Source of the DNA: Actinomycetota bacterium
GTDB taxonomy: Bacteria; Actinomycetota; Acidimicrobiia; Acidimicrobiales; Ilumatobacteraceae
Direction: 5' to 3'
Length of the DNA: 57,863 nucleotides
Assembly (NCBI GenBank): GCA_005787035.1
Contig: SYCI01000145.1
Coordinates: 1 to 57,863, forward strand
The notes under the pieces are model-generated. The model searched no databases, was not told the origin of the DNA, and worked only from the letters and a program-made list of their open reading frames with translations. The position numbers and the translations under genes are program-made. The first letter of the stretch is position 1. The number at the start of each line of letters is the position of its first letter. Below, piece after piece: positions 20,133 to 28,285 of this stretch.

Positions 20133-21199
20133 CGTCCCACCATGTCCGAGATCCGGGTGAAGTCGCCGATGAACATGGCGAGCGAACCGGCTACGCAGAC
20201 TCCGCCGATGATCCAGAAGCGGATGATCACGGTGGTTTCGGGCCAACCGATCAGTTCGAAGTGGTGATGAATGGGCGTCATCTTGAAGAACCGGCGCCGG
20301 CGACCGGTCGCCCGGAAGATCGCCATCTGAATGGCCACCGAACCGGCCTCCATCACGTTGACGCCGCAGATGAAGGGCAGCAGGAAGTGCGTGTTGGTCG
20401 CCACCGCGAGGAGACCCAGAGCGGCACCGATACCGAGGGCTCCCACGTCACCCATGAAGATGCGTGCCGGAGCCGCGTTCCACCACAGGAAACCTCCGCA
20501 GGCACCGGCGAACGCCGCCGCGAGCACTGCGAGGTCGAGCGGATTCACGGTGCCCCCGGCCAGTACTCCGTAGATCTCGGGATTACGGAACGACCAGTAG
20601 CCGATGATCGTGAAAGCAAGAAAGCCGAACAGGGCCGATCCACCGGCGAGTCCGTCGAGGCCGTCGGTGACGGTCACCGCGTTGGTCGTGGCCCACATCA
20701 TGAGTCCGGTCCAGACGACCCATAACCACCACGGAATCTCCCAGCCCGGCCAGTCGTAACGAGTGAACGAGATCGTCTCCGAGATGTCAGTGGCACTCAC
20801 CAACACCCACGTGATCACGCACGCGAGCGCGAGGGTGATGAGCCCCTTCTTCTTCCAGAAGATGCCCCGGTTGTGTCCCTTGTTGACCTTGATGACGTCG
20901 TCGAGCAAACCCATACCGGCCATCACGACGATGCCGGCCCAGATGATGAGAGCCTGATTCGAGAATGCGAGGCCGTCCCGGATGTGGGCCACGACCCAGC
21001 CGACGAAGGCCGCCCCGATGATGGCCAGTCCACCCATGGTCGGGGTGCCGGACTTCTTCTTGTGATGTTCGGGACCGTGATCCTCTTTGCCGAGAATCGG
21101 CTGACCCTTGCCGCGACCGCGGAAGAAGCCGATCAGGAATCGGGTCGCGACGAGCGACACGGCCATTCCCATCAAACCGGCGATCATCACGGCGATCAT
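20129..21199 (-). CDS. mraY: phospho-N-acetylmuramoyl-pentapeptide transferase
   Basis: 356 aa, polytopic, with motif KSGTPTMGG and conserved Asp-rich loops. ATGA overlap with the murE stop. Confidence 0.95.
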   Translation of the reverse strand: MIAVMIAGLMGMAVSLVATRFLIGFFRGRGKGQPILGKEDHGPEHHKKKSGTPTMGGLAIIGAAFVGWVVAHIRDGLAFSNQALIIWAGIVVMAGMGLLDDVIKVNKGHNRGIFWKKKGLITLALACVITWVLVSATDISETISFTRYDWPGWEIPWWLWVVWTGLMMWATTNAVTVTDGLDGLAGGSALFGFLAFTIIGYWSFRNPEIYGVLAGGTVNPLDLAVLAAAFAGACGGFLWWNAAPARIFMGDVGALGIGAALGLLAVATNTHFLLPFICGVNVMEAGSVAIQMAIFRATGRRRRFFKMTPIHHHFELIGWPETTVIIRFWIIGGVCVAGSLAMFIGDFTRISDMVGR

Positions 21200-22644
21200 G
21201 CGCGCCCTCTCAATGCTTCACGGGCGACGACCCGATCGTCGAACGCTTCCACCGTAGTCCCGAAGGTCTGGGTGATTTCGTGACCCTTGCCCGCGATCAC
21301 CACCACATCGCCTTCCGCGGCCCGACCGATTCCGAGTTGGATCGCGTCGGCGCGATCGACGTTCACACCCACCAGTCGGTGGCGAAGGTGATCGGGTATT
21401 CCGGCGACGATGGCGGCGTTGATCGACTTGGGGTCCTCCGATCGAGGATTGTCCGACGTCACGACCACCTCGTCGGCCAACGTCGCGGCGATCTCACCCA
21501 TCAGAGGTCGCTTGGCCTTGTCCCGATCGCCACCACAGCCGAAAACCACGATGACACGACCATTCGGATTGGAGTCGCGAGCCGAGCGCAGAACGGCGGC
21601 GAGCCCATCGGGCGTGTGCGCGTAGTCGACGAGTACCGAGAAGTTCTGCCCGCCATCGATGCTCTCGAACCGGCCGGGTACGGCAGGCACCGATGCCAGT
21701 CCCTCGACGACGGCGGCCGGATCGATCCCGATCTCACGCGCGACCGTCGCCGCGGCGAGCGAATTCGACACGTTGAACGAGCCCCCGAGCGGAACCCGGA
21801 TCGGCAGACCGCGCCAGGCGTACGAATGCGACACGGCGGTGATCGACAGGTCGGTCAGATCGGCCCTCCCGAACGGCACGACCTTGACCTGGCAATCAGC
21901 GGCGAGGCGTTCGCCGAATGCGTCGTCCACGTTGACGACGGCGATGTCGGTGAAGGTCGAGTCGAACAGACGAGCCTTGGCCGCGAAGTAGGCGTCCATC
22001 GTCCCGTGGAGATCGAGGTGATCCCGCGAGAGATTCGTGAAGACACCGGCCGCGAATCTGGTCCCATCGACGCGATGCAACTGAAGAGCGTGCGACGAGA
22101 CCTCCATGGCCACGCCCTTCACGCCGCGGGCGACACAATCGGCGAGTGACTCCTGCAGAACCGGTGCCTCAGGCGTGGTGAATCGTCCGGAGAGGGTTCC
22201 CATGACCTCGGTCGTCCAGCCGGCCGCGCGCATGATCGAGCCGATGAGTGCCGTCGTCGTGGTCTTGCCGTTGGTTCCGGTGACACCGACCAACTGGAGG
22301 TGAGTGGACGGCGTTCCCCAGATCGCCGCCGCCAGTCGGCCCATGGCCAGCCGGACGTCGCGCACGACGATCTGAGGAACGCGGGCATCGACCGCTGGCA
22401 GGCGACGGTCGACGAGAAGGACGGTGGCGCCTGCGGTCACGGCGTCGGTCGCGAAGTCGTGACCGTCGTGCCGAAGACCCCTGACGCAGCAGAACAGATC
22501 GCCGGTTCGTACGTCGCGAGAGTCGCAGGAGATTCCATTGACCGATGCGGTCGCTGTGCCCTCGACCCCGACCAACTGATCGGCGCACACGGTTGCGAGA
22601 CGGTCGACCGTCGTCGCAGTCGCCGAACGAGGCATCGTCGACAT
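21196..22644 (-). CDS. murE: UDP-N-acetylmuramoyl-L-alanyl-D-glutamate--2,6-diaminopimelate ligase
   Basis: GTNGKTTT plus the MurE/mDAP-specific DNPRSEDP motif. Start trimmed to ATG 22644 (or 22635), just after the ftsI stop at 22653. Confidence 0.9.
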   Translation of the reverse strand: MSTMPRSATATTVDRLATVCADQLVGVEGTATASVNGISCDSRDVRTGDLFCCVRGLRHDGHDFATDAVTAGATVLLVDRRLPAVDARVPQIVVRDVRLAMGRLAAAIWGTPSTHLQLVGVTGTNGKTTTTALIGSIMRAAGWTTEVMGTLSGRFTTPEAPVLQESLADCVARGVKGVAMEVSSHALQLHRVDGTRFAAGVFTNLSRDHLDLHGTMDAYFAAKARLFDSTFTDIAVVNVDDAFGERLAADCQVKVVPFGRADLTDLSITAVSHSYAWRGLPIRVPLGGSFNVSNSLAAATVAREIGIDPAAVVEGLASVPAVPGRFESIDGGQNFSVLVDYAHTPDGLAAVLRSARDSNPNGRVIVVFGCGGDRDKAKRPLMGEIAATLADEVVVTSDNPRSEDPKSINAAIVAGIPDHLRHRLVGVNVDRADAIQLGIGRAAEGDVVVIAGKGHEITQTFGTTVEAFDDRVVAREALRGRA

Positions 22645-22652
22645 GGCCGACT

Positions 22653-24656
22653 TCAGCTCGCAGCCGGCGGGCAGCCGTTGTCTCCGGGCGGCGGGACGAT
22701 GCCGCGTTCTTGAATGGCGACCTGCGCGAGTTTGGCGAACACCGGCGCAGCCGCCGTACCGCCGAAGCGGTCGCGACTCGACGGATTCGGTTCGTCGATC
22801 GAGACGAGGATCGTCACCTTCGGATCGGCGGCGGGCAGGAAACCCACGAAGGTGGCGAAGTAGGCGCGGGTGCCGTCTTCGGTCACATAGGTCCCGTTGT
22901 CCTGGACCTTGTATCCGGTTCCGGTCTTGCCGGCCACCGAGATCCCCTTCACCTGGGCGCGGGTACCAGTACCGGCGCACACGACGTCGGTGAGGATCTT
23001 GGCCATGGTGTCGGCCGTGGACTCGGAGATCACGCGATGGGTGTCACCGATGGGTGTCCCCCAGATCACGCCCTTGTCGTCGATGGTCGAACGAATGAGC
23101 CGCGGCGCCACGTACACGCCGCCGTTGGCCACTGCGTTCACGGCCGAGACGAGTTGCAGTGAAGTCGTGGAGAATCCGTAGCCGTACGTGATCGTGGCCT
23201 TTTCCGAACCCCGGAACTGATCGGCATCTCGAAGCGAGCCGGCGCTCTCACCCGGATACTCGAGTCCGGTCATATGACCGAAGCCGAACTCGTCGAGGTA
23301 ATCGTGGAGGCCGTCGACGCCGATCGACTCGGCCGCCATCATCGTTCCGATGTTCGAAGAGTGCACGAGGATGTCGTGCAGGGTCATCGGCTCGACATCG
23401 TGCGGATAGGCGTCCTTGATCGTGTACTCGTAATCGGTTCCCTCGTCGAACACGAAGAATCCCGGCACCTGATAGGTCGTCGACGGCGTCGCCGCGCCCG
23501 AGTCGATCGTGGCCGCCACGCTGAAGATCTTGGCCACCGAACCCGGTTCGTGGGCTTCCACTGCGGCGAGGTTGCCGCTCGTCACCTCGACGACGCCCTG
23601 GTCGTTGCGGCGCACGCTCGAGATCGCGAGAACCTCTCCACTCACGGTGTCGAGCACGATGGCGTTTCCGCCCTTGGCGACGAGTTCCTCGACGCGCTGA
23701 ATGAGGGCCTGCTCCACTTGGAACTGCATCGAACGATCGATCGTGAGGACGAGATCCGTTCCGGGTCGCGCCGCCTCGACGACTTTGGTGCCTCCGGGCA
23801 TCGTGCGCCCTGAGTGGTTCGTTTCCCGCACCATGGTTCCGTCCAGTCCACGCAGGACCTTTTCGTACTGCAATTCGAGACCGGCCGCACCAACACCGAA
23901 CGGGTCGGTACGACCGACGACGTTGCGCGCCAGGCCACCGGCCACTTGTTCGCGCTTGGGTTCGGTCACACCGTCGATGCCGGCGAGGTTGAGCGACAGG
24001 ATCGCCTGGGCGACTCCGTCGTCCACGAACCGCTGGACGTACACGAATGTCTTGGATCGATCGGAGATCGAGTCGACGAGTTCGGCCTCGGCGACTGCAT
24101 CGATCCCGAGCATCTGAGCCAGCACGTGGGCGGTCGCGACCGGGTCGGCAATGGCCTGCGGGTTGGCGTAGATCGACGTCGAGGGAACCGTGATCGCCAT
24201 CTCGTTGCCGTCACGATCGAAGATCGTGCCGCGATCCGCCGCCACCGTGAGATAGATCTCGCGCTGAGCCGTGCCCTCGGCCCGCAGACGCGTGCCGCTG
24301 AAGAACTGGAGATTCACGAGCTGAGCCACGAAGGCGATGAAGACCGCCATCACGATCACGAAGGCCGCCTGTACTCGGCGACGCGAGGAACCCGCCTTCC
24401 AGCCGCCGAGGGAGCGGCGACTCGTCGTTCGGCGGGGTGAGGTCTTGCGTGAGCGATCGACTTGCGGACGAGTGGTGGCGGACTTCGAACCCGAGGACGA
24501 CGAACGCGACGACGAAGAACGCGAAGTCGTTGCTCGCGATGCCACACGCGACGACGAACGTGAGGTCGTCGAACGAGACGTCGAACGAGACGAGGTGGGG
24601 GTCCGGCCTGCCGACGAACGACGGGACGAGGGGGTACGACTGGGGCGACGGTTCAC
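22653..24656 (-). CDS. ftsI: class B penicillin-binding protein / FtsI transpeptidase with Ser/Arg/Thr-rich N-terminal tail
   Basis: Transpeptidase motifs SVAK (SxxK), SSN and KTG (VAGKTGTG), with one TM. GTG start forms a GTGA overlap with the ftsL-like stop. Alternative GTG at 24545. Confidence 0.9.
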   Translation of the reverse strand: MNRRPSRTPSSRRSSAGRTPTSSRSTSRSTTSRSSSRVASRATTSRSSSSRSSSSGSKSATTRPQVDRSRKTSPRRTTSRRSLGGWKAGSSRRRVQAAFVIVMAVFIAFVAQLVNLQFFSGTRLRAEGTAQREIYLTVAADRGTIFDRDGNEMAITVPSTSIYANPQAIADPVATAHVLAQMLGIDAVAEAELVDSISDRSKTFVYVQRFVDDGVAQAILSLNLAGIDGVTEPKREQVAGGLARNVVGRTDPFGVGAAGLELQYEKVLRGLDGTMVRETNHSGRTMPGGTKVVEAARPGTDLVLTIDRSMQFQVEQALIQRVEELVAKGGNAIVLDTVSGEVLAISSVRRNDQGVVEVTSGNLAAVEAHEPGSVAKIFSVAATIDSGAATPSTTYQVPGFFVFDEGTDYEYTIKDAYPHDVEPMTLHDILVHSSNIGTMMAAESIGVDGLHDYLDEFGFGHMTGLEYPGESAGSLRDADQFRGSEKATITYGYGFSTTSLQLVSAVNAVANGGVYVAPRLIRSTIDDKGVIWGTPIGDTHRVISESTADTMAKILTDVVCAGTGTRAQVKGISVAGKTGTGYKVQDNGTYVTEDGTRAYFATFVGFLPAADPKVTILVSIDEPNPSSRDRFGGTAAAPVFAKLAQVAIQERGIVPPPGDNGCPPAAS

Positions 24657-25228
24657 GGCTTTCCTCCGACGATCGACTTGAACTCTCCGTACGCCGCGAA
24701 CGGATCGACCGACGTCTCGAGCAGTTCAGGATCGAGACCACCCGTCGAAACGAGTACCTGAGCCACTGTGATCGGGTCGACCGACGTGAAGTCGGCCCCC
24801 TTACCGGGCTCCATCCCGAGCGACATCGCGTTGGCCTCGAGTCGACCCGGCTCGCGCAACCTCGAGCGCTCCACCCGCAACGCGTTGTAGCGATCGCGTT
24901 CGGCCCGGATCTGCGACTCGATCCGGTCGATGCGCATCTGTCGTTCGGCGATACGGGTCTGGAACGAGACGACGGCCAACATGACGAGGACCAGACCGAT
25001 CACCACGGTCAGCACCACGAGGATGAGCCGACGACTTCCGCGACTCGCCGACTTCTCGGCCACCGCCTTGGCGATCTTGGACGTCGGGTGCTTCTTGGTC
25101 GAGACCTTCTTGGGAACCGGACGCAGACGCGTGGACTGACGCTGCTCGGCCCCTCGGGTCGTCACCCGACGCGGCGTAGCCGGCCGGGTCGTCGTGCGAC
25201 GAGGTGTGGTCTTCAGTGCCCCGGCCAT
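24653..25228 (-). CDS. ftsL: FtsL-like bitopic division protein
   Basis: Lies between rsmH and ftsI. Has a basic T/R/P-rich N-terminus, one TM (LILVVLTVVIGLVLVMLAVV) and a heptad-like region. Start trimmed to ATG 25228 (TGATG junction with rsmH). Called by position and architecture only. Confidence 0.55.
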   Translation of the reverse strand: MAGALKTTPRRTTTRPATPRRVTTRGAEQRQSTRLRPVPKKVSTKKHPTSKIAKAVAEKSASRGSRRLILVVLTVVIGLVLVMLAVVSFQTRIAERQMRIDRIESQIRAERDRYNALRVERSRLREPGRLEANAMSLGMEPGKGADFTSVDPITVAQVLVSTGGLDPELLETSVDPFAAYGEFKSIVGGKP

Positions 25229-26157
25229 CAGATCGCCTCCACCACTCGAAGACGGGCCGAGGTGCTTCGCGGATTGCGGTTCTGTTCGGCGTCGGAGGGC
25301 TTGCGCGCCGTCCTCACGAGTTTCACCGCCGGCCGGGCGCCACAGACGCACGGGAGGTCGGTCGGGCACGAGCATCCACCGGTCGAGTGGAAGCGGAAAC
25401 GTTCCTTCACGATCCGGTCTTCACCCGAGTGGTACGACAACACCGCCACCCGACCACCACGCAACGTGTTGGCGATCGCCCGGTCGAGGGCCGCGGGCAG
25501 AATCTCGAGCTCACGATTCACGGCGATCCGCAGGGCCTGAAAGGTCCGCTTGGCCGGATGACCGCCTCGGCGGCGGGCCGGTGCCGGAATCGCGCTCGCG
25601 ATCACCGAAGCGAGTTCGGTCGTGGTCTCGATCGGGCGCGCCGCGCAGATCGCTCGAGCGATCCGACCGGCGAATCTTTCGTCGGCAAAATCACGAATCA
25701 GATCGGCGAGCTCCCGCTCGGTCGACTCGTTCACCAGATGATGAGCGCTTCGTCCCTCGCGTCGGTCCATACGCATGTCGAGCGGGGCGTCGGTGCGGTA
25801 CGAGAAACCGCGCTCACCAGCGTCGAATTGGTGCGACGAGACGCCGAGATCGAAGAGCGCACCCGCCAGAGCCGACACACCGTTGTCGGACATCGCGCGA
25901 TCGAGTTCGTCGAAGCGCACGTGCGAGAACATCACGCGCCCGCCGAAACCGGCCAGATGCTCGCGGGCGGCTTCGATGGCCGCCGCGTCTCGGTCGACCC
26001 CGAGGACCGAAAGGTCGGCACGAGACTCGAGAAGCGCCCGGGCATGACCGCCACCACCGAGCGTTGCGTCGAGAACGCATCCGGCGGGCACGGTCGCGAA
26101 CGCGTCGACGATCTCGTCGACCATCACGGGCTCGTGCTCGAACACAGCTGCCGACAT
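25228..26157 (-). CDS. rsmH: 16S rRNA (cytosine1402-N4)-methyltransferase
   Basis: SAM-binding motif DATLGGGGHA. Start trimmed to ATG 26157 (MSAAVFEHEPVM; TGATG junction with the mraZ stop). Confidence 0.93.
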   Translation of the reverse strand: MSAAVFEHEPVMVDEIVDAFATVPAGCVLDATLGGGGHARALLESRADLSVLGVDRDAAAIEAAREHLAGFGGRVMFSHVRFDELDRAMSDNGVSALAGALFDLGVSSHQFDAGERGFSYRTDAPLDMRMDRREGRSAHHLVNESTERELADLIRDFADERFAGRIARAICAARPIETTTELASVIASAIPAPARRRGGHPAKRTFQALRIAVNRELEILPAALDRAIANTLRGGRVAVLSYHSGEDRIVKERFRFHSTGGCSCPTDLPCVCGARPAVKLVRTARKPSDAEQNRNPRSTSARLRVVEAI

Positions 26158-26579
26158 CACAGTTCGACTCCGGCGATGGCCTCGGTTCCGAGGGCGATCA
26201 CCCGCTCGTTGCGCGACGGTTCCCAAATCTCGACTCGGTCGAAGGCACCGGCGACGATGACCTTGCTGTTCGGGGTCAGACCGGCGTAGCTCCGGAGACT
26301 TTCGTCGATCGTCACCCGACCCTGGGCGTCGACGGCGACCTCGACCATGCTGGCCGCCAGCGCACGGCGCTCCTGCTCGCTCTTGTCGCCCCGCTTCACG
26401 GCGGCGGTGATTTCTTCGGCGATGGTCTCGGCGACCTCGGCGGTGACGACGGCGATGCACTTGTCCTGGCCGAGCACCAGGTAACAGCGCGGCTCGAGAC
26501 GGCTGCGGAAGGTCGCCGGAAGCGCGAGTCGACCCTTCGGGTCGAGCTGTCGCTCATGTCTGCCGACGAATACCTGCAC
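26157..26579 (-). CDS. mraZ: division/cell-wall cluster transcriptional regulator MraZ
   Basis: 140 aa with two SpoVT/AbrB-type DxxGR motifs (DPKGRLALP, DAQGRVTI). GTG start preceded by GAGGGG. Confidence 0.9.
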   Translation of the reverse strand: MQVFVGRHERQLDPKGRLALPATFRSRLEPRCYLVLGQDKCIAVVTAEVAETIAEEITAAVKRGDKSEQERRALAASMVEVAVDAQGRVTIDESLRSYAGLTPNSKVIVAGAFDRVEIWEPSRNERVIALGTEAIAGVEL

Positions 26580-26623
26580 TTACTGCCCCTCGCTGCCTCG
26601 TGGTGGTCCTCCTACTCTGCTCC

Positions 26624-26670
26624 CCACTTCCCCCCTCTGTCAACCACTTTCCTCCACTTCTCTCCACTTT
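26624..26670 (-). promoter_or_regulatory. candidate MraZ operator (phased AAAGTGG boxes) overlapping a candidate promoter
   Basis: CCACTT occurs on the + strand at 26624, 26644, 26654 and 26664. The minus strand reads AAAGTGG-AGA-GAAGTGG-AGG-AAAGTGG-TTGACA. A possible -10 CAGAGT sits at 26619..26614. Confidence 0.6.
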
Positions 26671-26737
26671 CTGCCCCCGAGCCCCCTCCCAGCCCCAACC
26701 CGCTCAAGTTCGGCCCTCCGGCGGCCGATACCCGGGC

Positions 26738-28285
26738 GTGTTTCGACGACTAGCCACCGGGTTGACCCTGGGAGTTCTCTCCCTAGTGGCCCCTCTGAGC
26801 TCGACCGGGCTCGGGCACTCCCCGGTCGCCCTCGCATCGCCGTCCAGTCCGTCTTTGCCTCGTCTCGGCGACCGAGGTGACGTGGTCCGTTCGTTGCAGA
26901 AGGCATTGATCGCAGCCGGAGTGAACGTGCCGGGCGGCGCCGACGGCATCTTCGGGCGTGGCACTCAAGGTGCCGTCCGCACATTTCAGGAATCCGTGGG
27001 TCTCCCGGCCACCGGAGAAGTCGACGAGATCACCGGCCACCTCCTCGGGTTGGCCCCTGCCCCCACCTTGCCAACCCTTGGCCAACGGGGCGATGCAGTT
27101 CGTTCACTTCAACAGGCGTTGATCGATGCCGGCGTGAACGTACGTGGCGGCGCCGACGGCATCTTCGGTAACGCCACCGCGGCGGCCATCAAGACCTTCC
27201 AGACCGCTCGGAAGCTTTCGTCGACCGGTGTCGTCGACGTGCGTACCGCGATCGCCTTGCGCATTCTCCCGGTGACGAAGAGTTCGACACCCTCCACCCC
27301 GCCCACGAGCACGACGAGTGAGGCGAAGGCCCGCACTCTCGCCAAAGTCGGCGATCGCGGCGAGAAAGTCGTCGTTCTACAAAAGGCCCTCATCGCAGCC
27401 GGCGTGAACGTTCGTGGCGGCGCCGACGGCATCTTCGGTAACGCCACCACATCGGCCCTTCGCACGTATCAAGAAACCGTCGGTCTGGCCGCCAACGGCC
27501 GCCTCGACGACCCGACCGCTCAGCTTCTCGGACTCGTGGAGGCACCCGAGCGTCCGCGACGTGGCGATTCGGGCGACTCCGTGCGTTCGGTTCAGAAGAA
27601 GTTGATCGACCTCGGCTTCCGCATCGCCGGTGGGGCCGACGGCGATTTCGGCTCGGCGACGTCGCGGGCCATCTCCGCGTTCCAGCGTGAGCGCGGCTTC
27701 GAAGAGACCGGCAAACTCGATCTGCGCACCTACGGCGTACTGATGGCGAGCAAGAGCGGATCGGCCACCACCGACACCGGTTCGACGCCGACGCCGACAC
27801 CCGTTGCCGATGGTCCGGCCACACCGGTGGCGATCTTCCCCACCCAGGGACCGTGCTGGTTCACCGACACCTGGCACGCACCACGATCGGGTGGTCGAGT
27901 GCACCAAGGCGTCGACATCATCGCCGCAACCGGTCGCGCCGTGTACGCCGTGGCCGACGGGACGATCACCCGGGTCTTTTTCGACCGACCCGGATCACTC
28001 GGCGGAAATGCCGTACGCCTCACCGCAGCCGACGGCACCTATTTCCACTACGCGCACTTCTCGAAGTTCGGCGAGGGAATCGAAGTGGGTTCGAAGGTGA
28101 AGGTCGGTCAAGTGATCGGTTACGTCGGCAGTACCGGCAGCAGTTCGACCCCGCATCTTCACTTCGAATACCACCCCAAGGGTGGGGCGGCCGTGAATCC
28201 CTACCCGATCGTGAAGGCGATCAACGGTTGCCAGAACACCGAATTGCTGACGCCGTCGGCTTCGGAAACCTCAAGCGCCGATTGA
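26738..28285 (+). CDS. secreted M23 (LytM-type) peptidase with four PG_binding_1 repeats
   Basis: GTG 26738 gives a signal peptide (MFRRLATGLTLGVLSLVAPLSSTGLG). Four GDRGxxVxxLQxxL...GGADGIFG repeats. C-terminal M23 motifs HQGVDI and TPHLHFEYH. The track ORF starts at 26600. Confidence 0.85.
   Translation: MFRRLATGLTLGVLSLVAPLSSTGLGHSPVALASPSSPSLPRLGDRGDVVRSLQKALIAAGVNVPGGADGIFGRGTQGAVRTFQESVGLPATGEVDEITGHLLGLAPAPTLPTLGQRGDAVRSLQQALIDAGVNVRGGADGIFGNATAAAIKTFQTARKLSSTGVVDVRTAIALRILPVTKSSTPSTPPTSTTSEAKARTLAKVGDRGEKVVVLQKALIAAGVNVRGGADGIFGNATTSALRTYQETVGLAANGRLDDPTAQLLGLVEAPERPRRGDSGDSVRSVQKKLIDLGFRIAGGADGDFGSATSRAISAFQRERGFEETGKLDLRTYGVLMASKSGSATTDTGSTPTPTPVADGPATPVAIFPTQGPCWFTDTWHAPRSGGRVHQGVDIIAATGRAVYAVADGTITRVFFDRPGSLGGNAVRLTAADGTYFHYAHFSKFGEGIEVGSKVKVGQVIGYVGSTGSSSTPHLHFEYHPKGGAAVNPYPIVKAINGCQNTELLTPSASETSSAD
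26912..27448 (+). repeat. internal DNA repeats of the PG-binding modules
   Basis: The 51-nt segments 27128..27178 and 27398..27448 differ at one base (gta/gtt), 270 bp apart. A more diverged copy lies at 26912..26956. Confidence 0.9.

Noticed and set aside
26580-26737. Possible c-di-AMP (ydaO-type) riboswitch or other structured leader upstream of the M23 cell-wall hydrolase, or a 6C-like C-rich sRNA.
   Set aside because: The plus-strand sequence is ~80% pyrimidine. It has almost no G-rich segments to pair with, so it cannot form the pseudoknotted ydaO fold, and I saw none of its conserved motifs. The phased AAGTGG boxes explain the region better.
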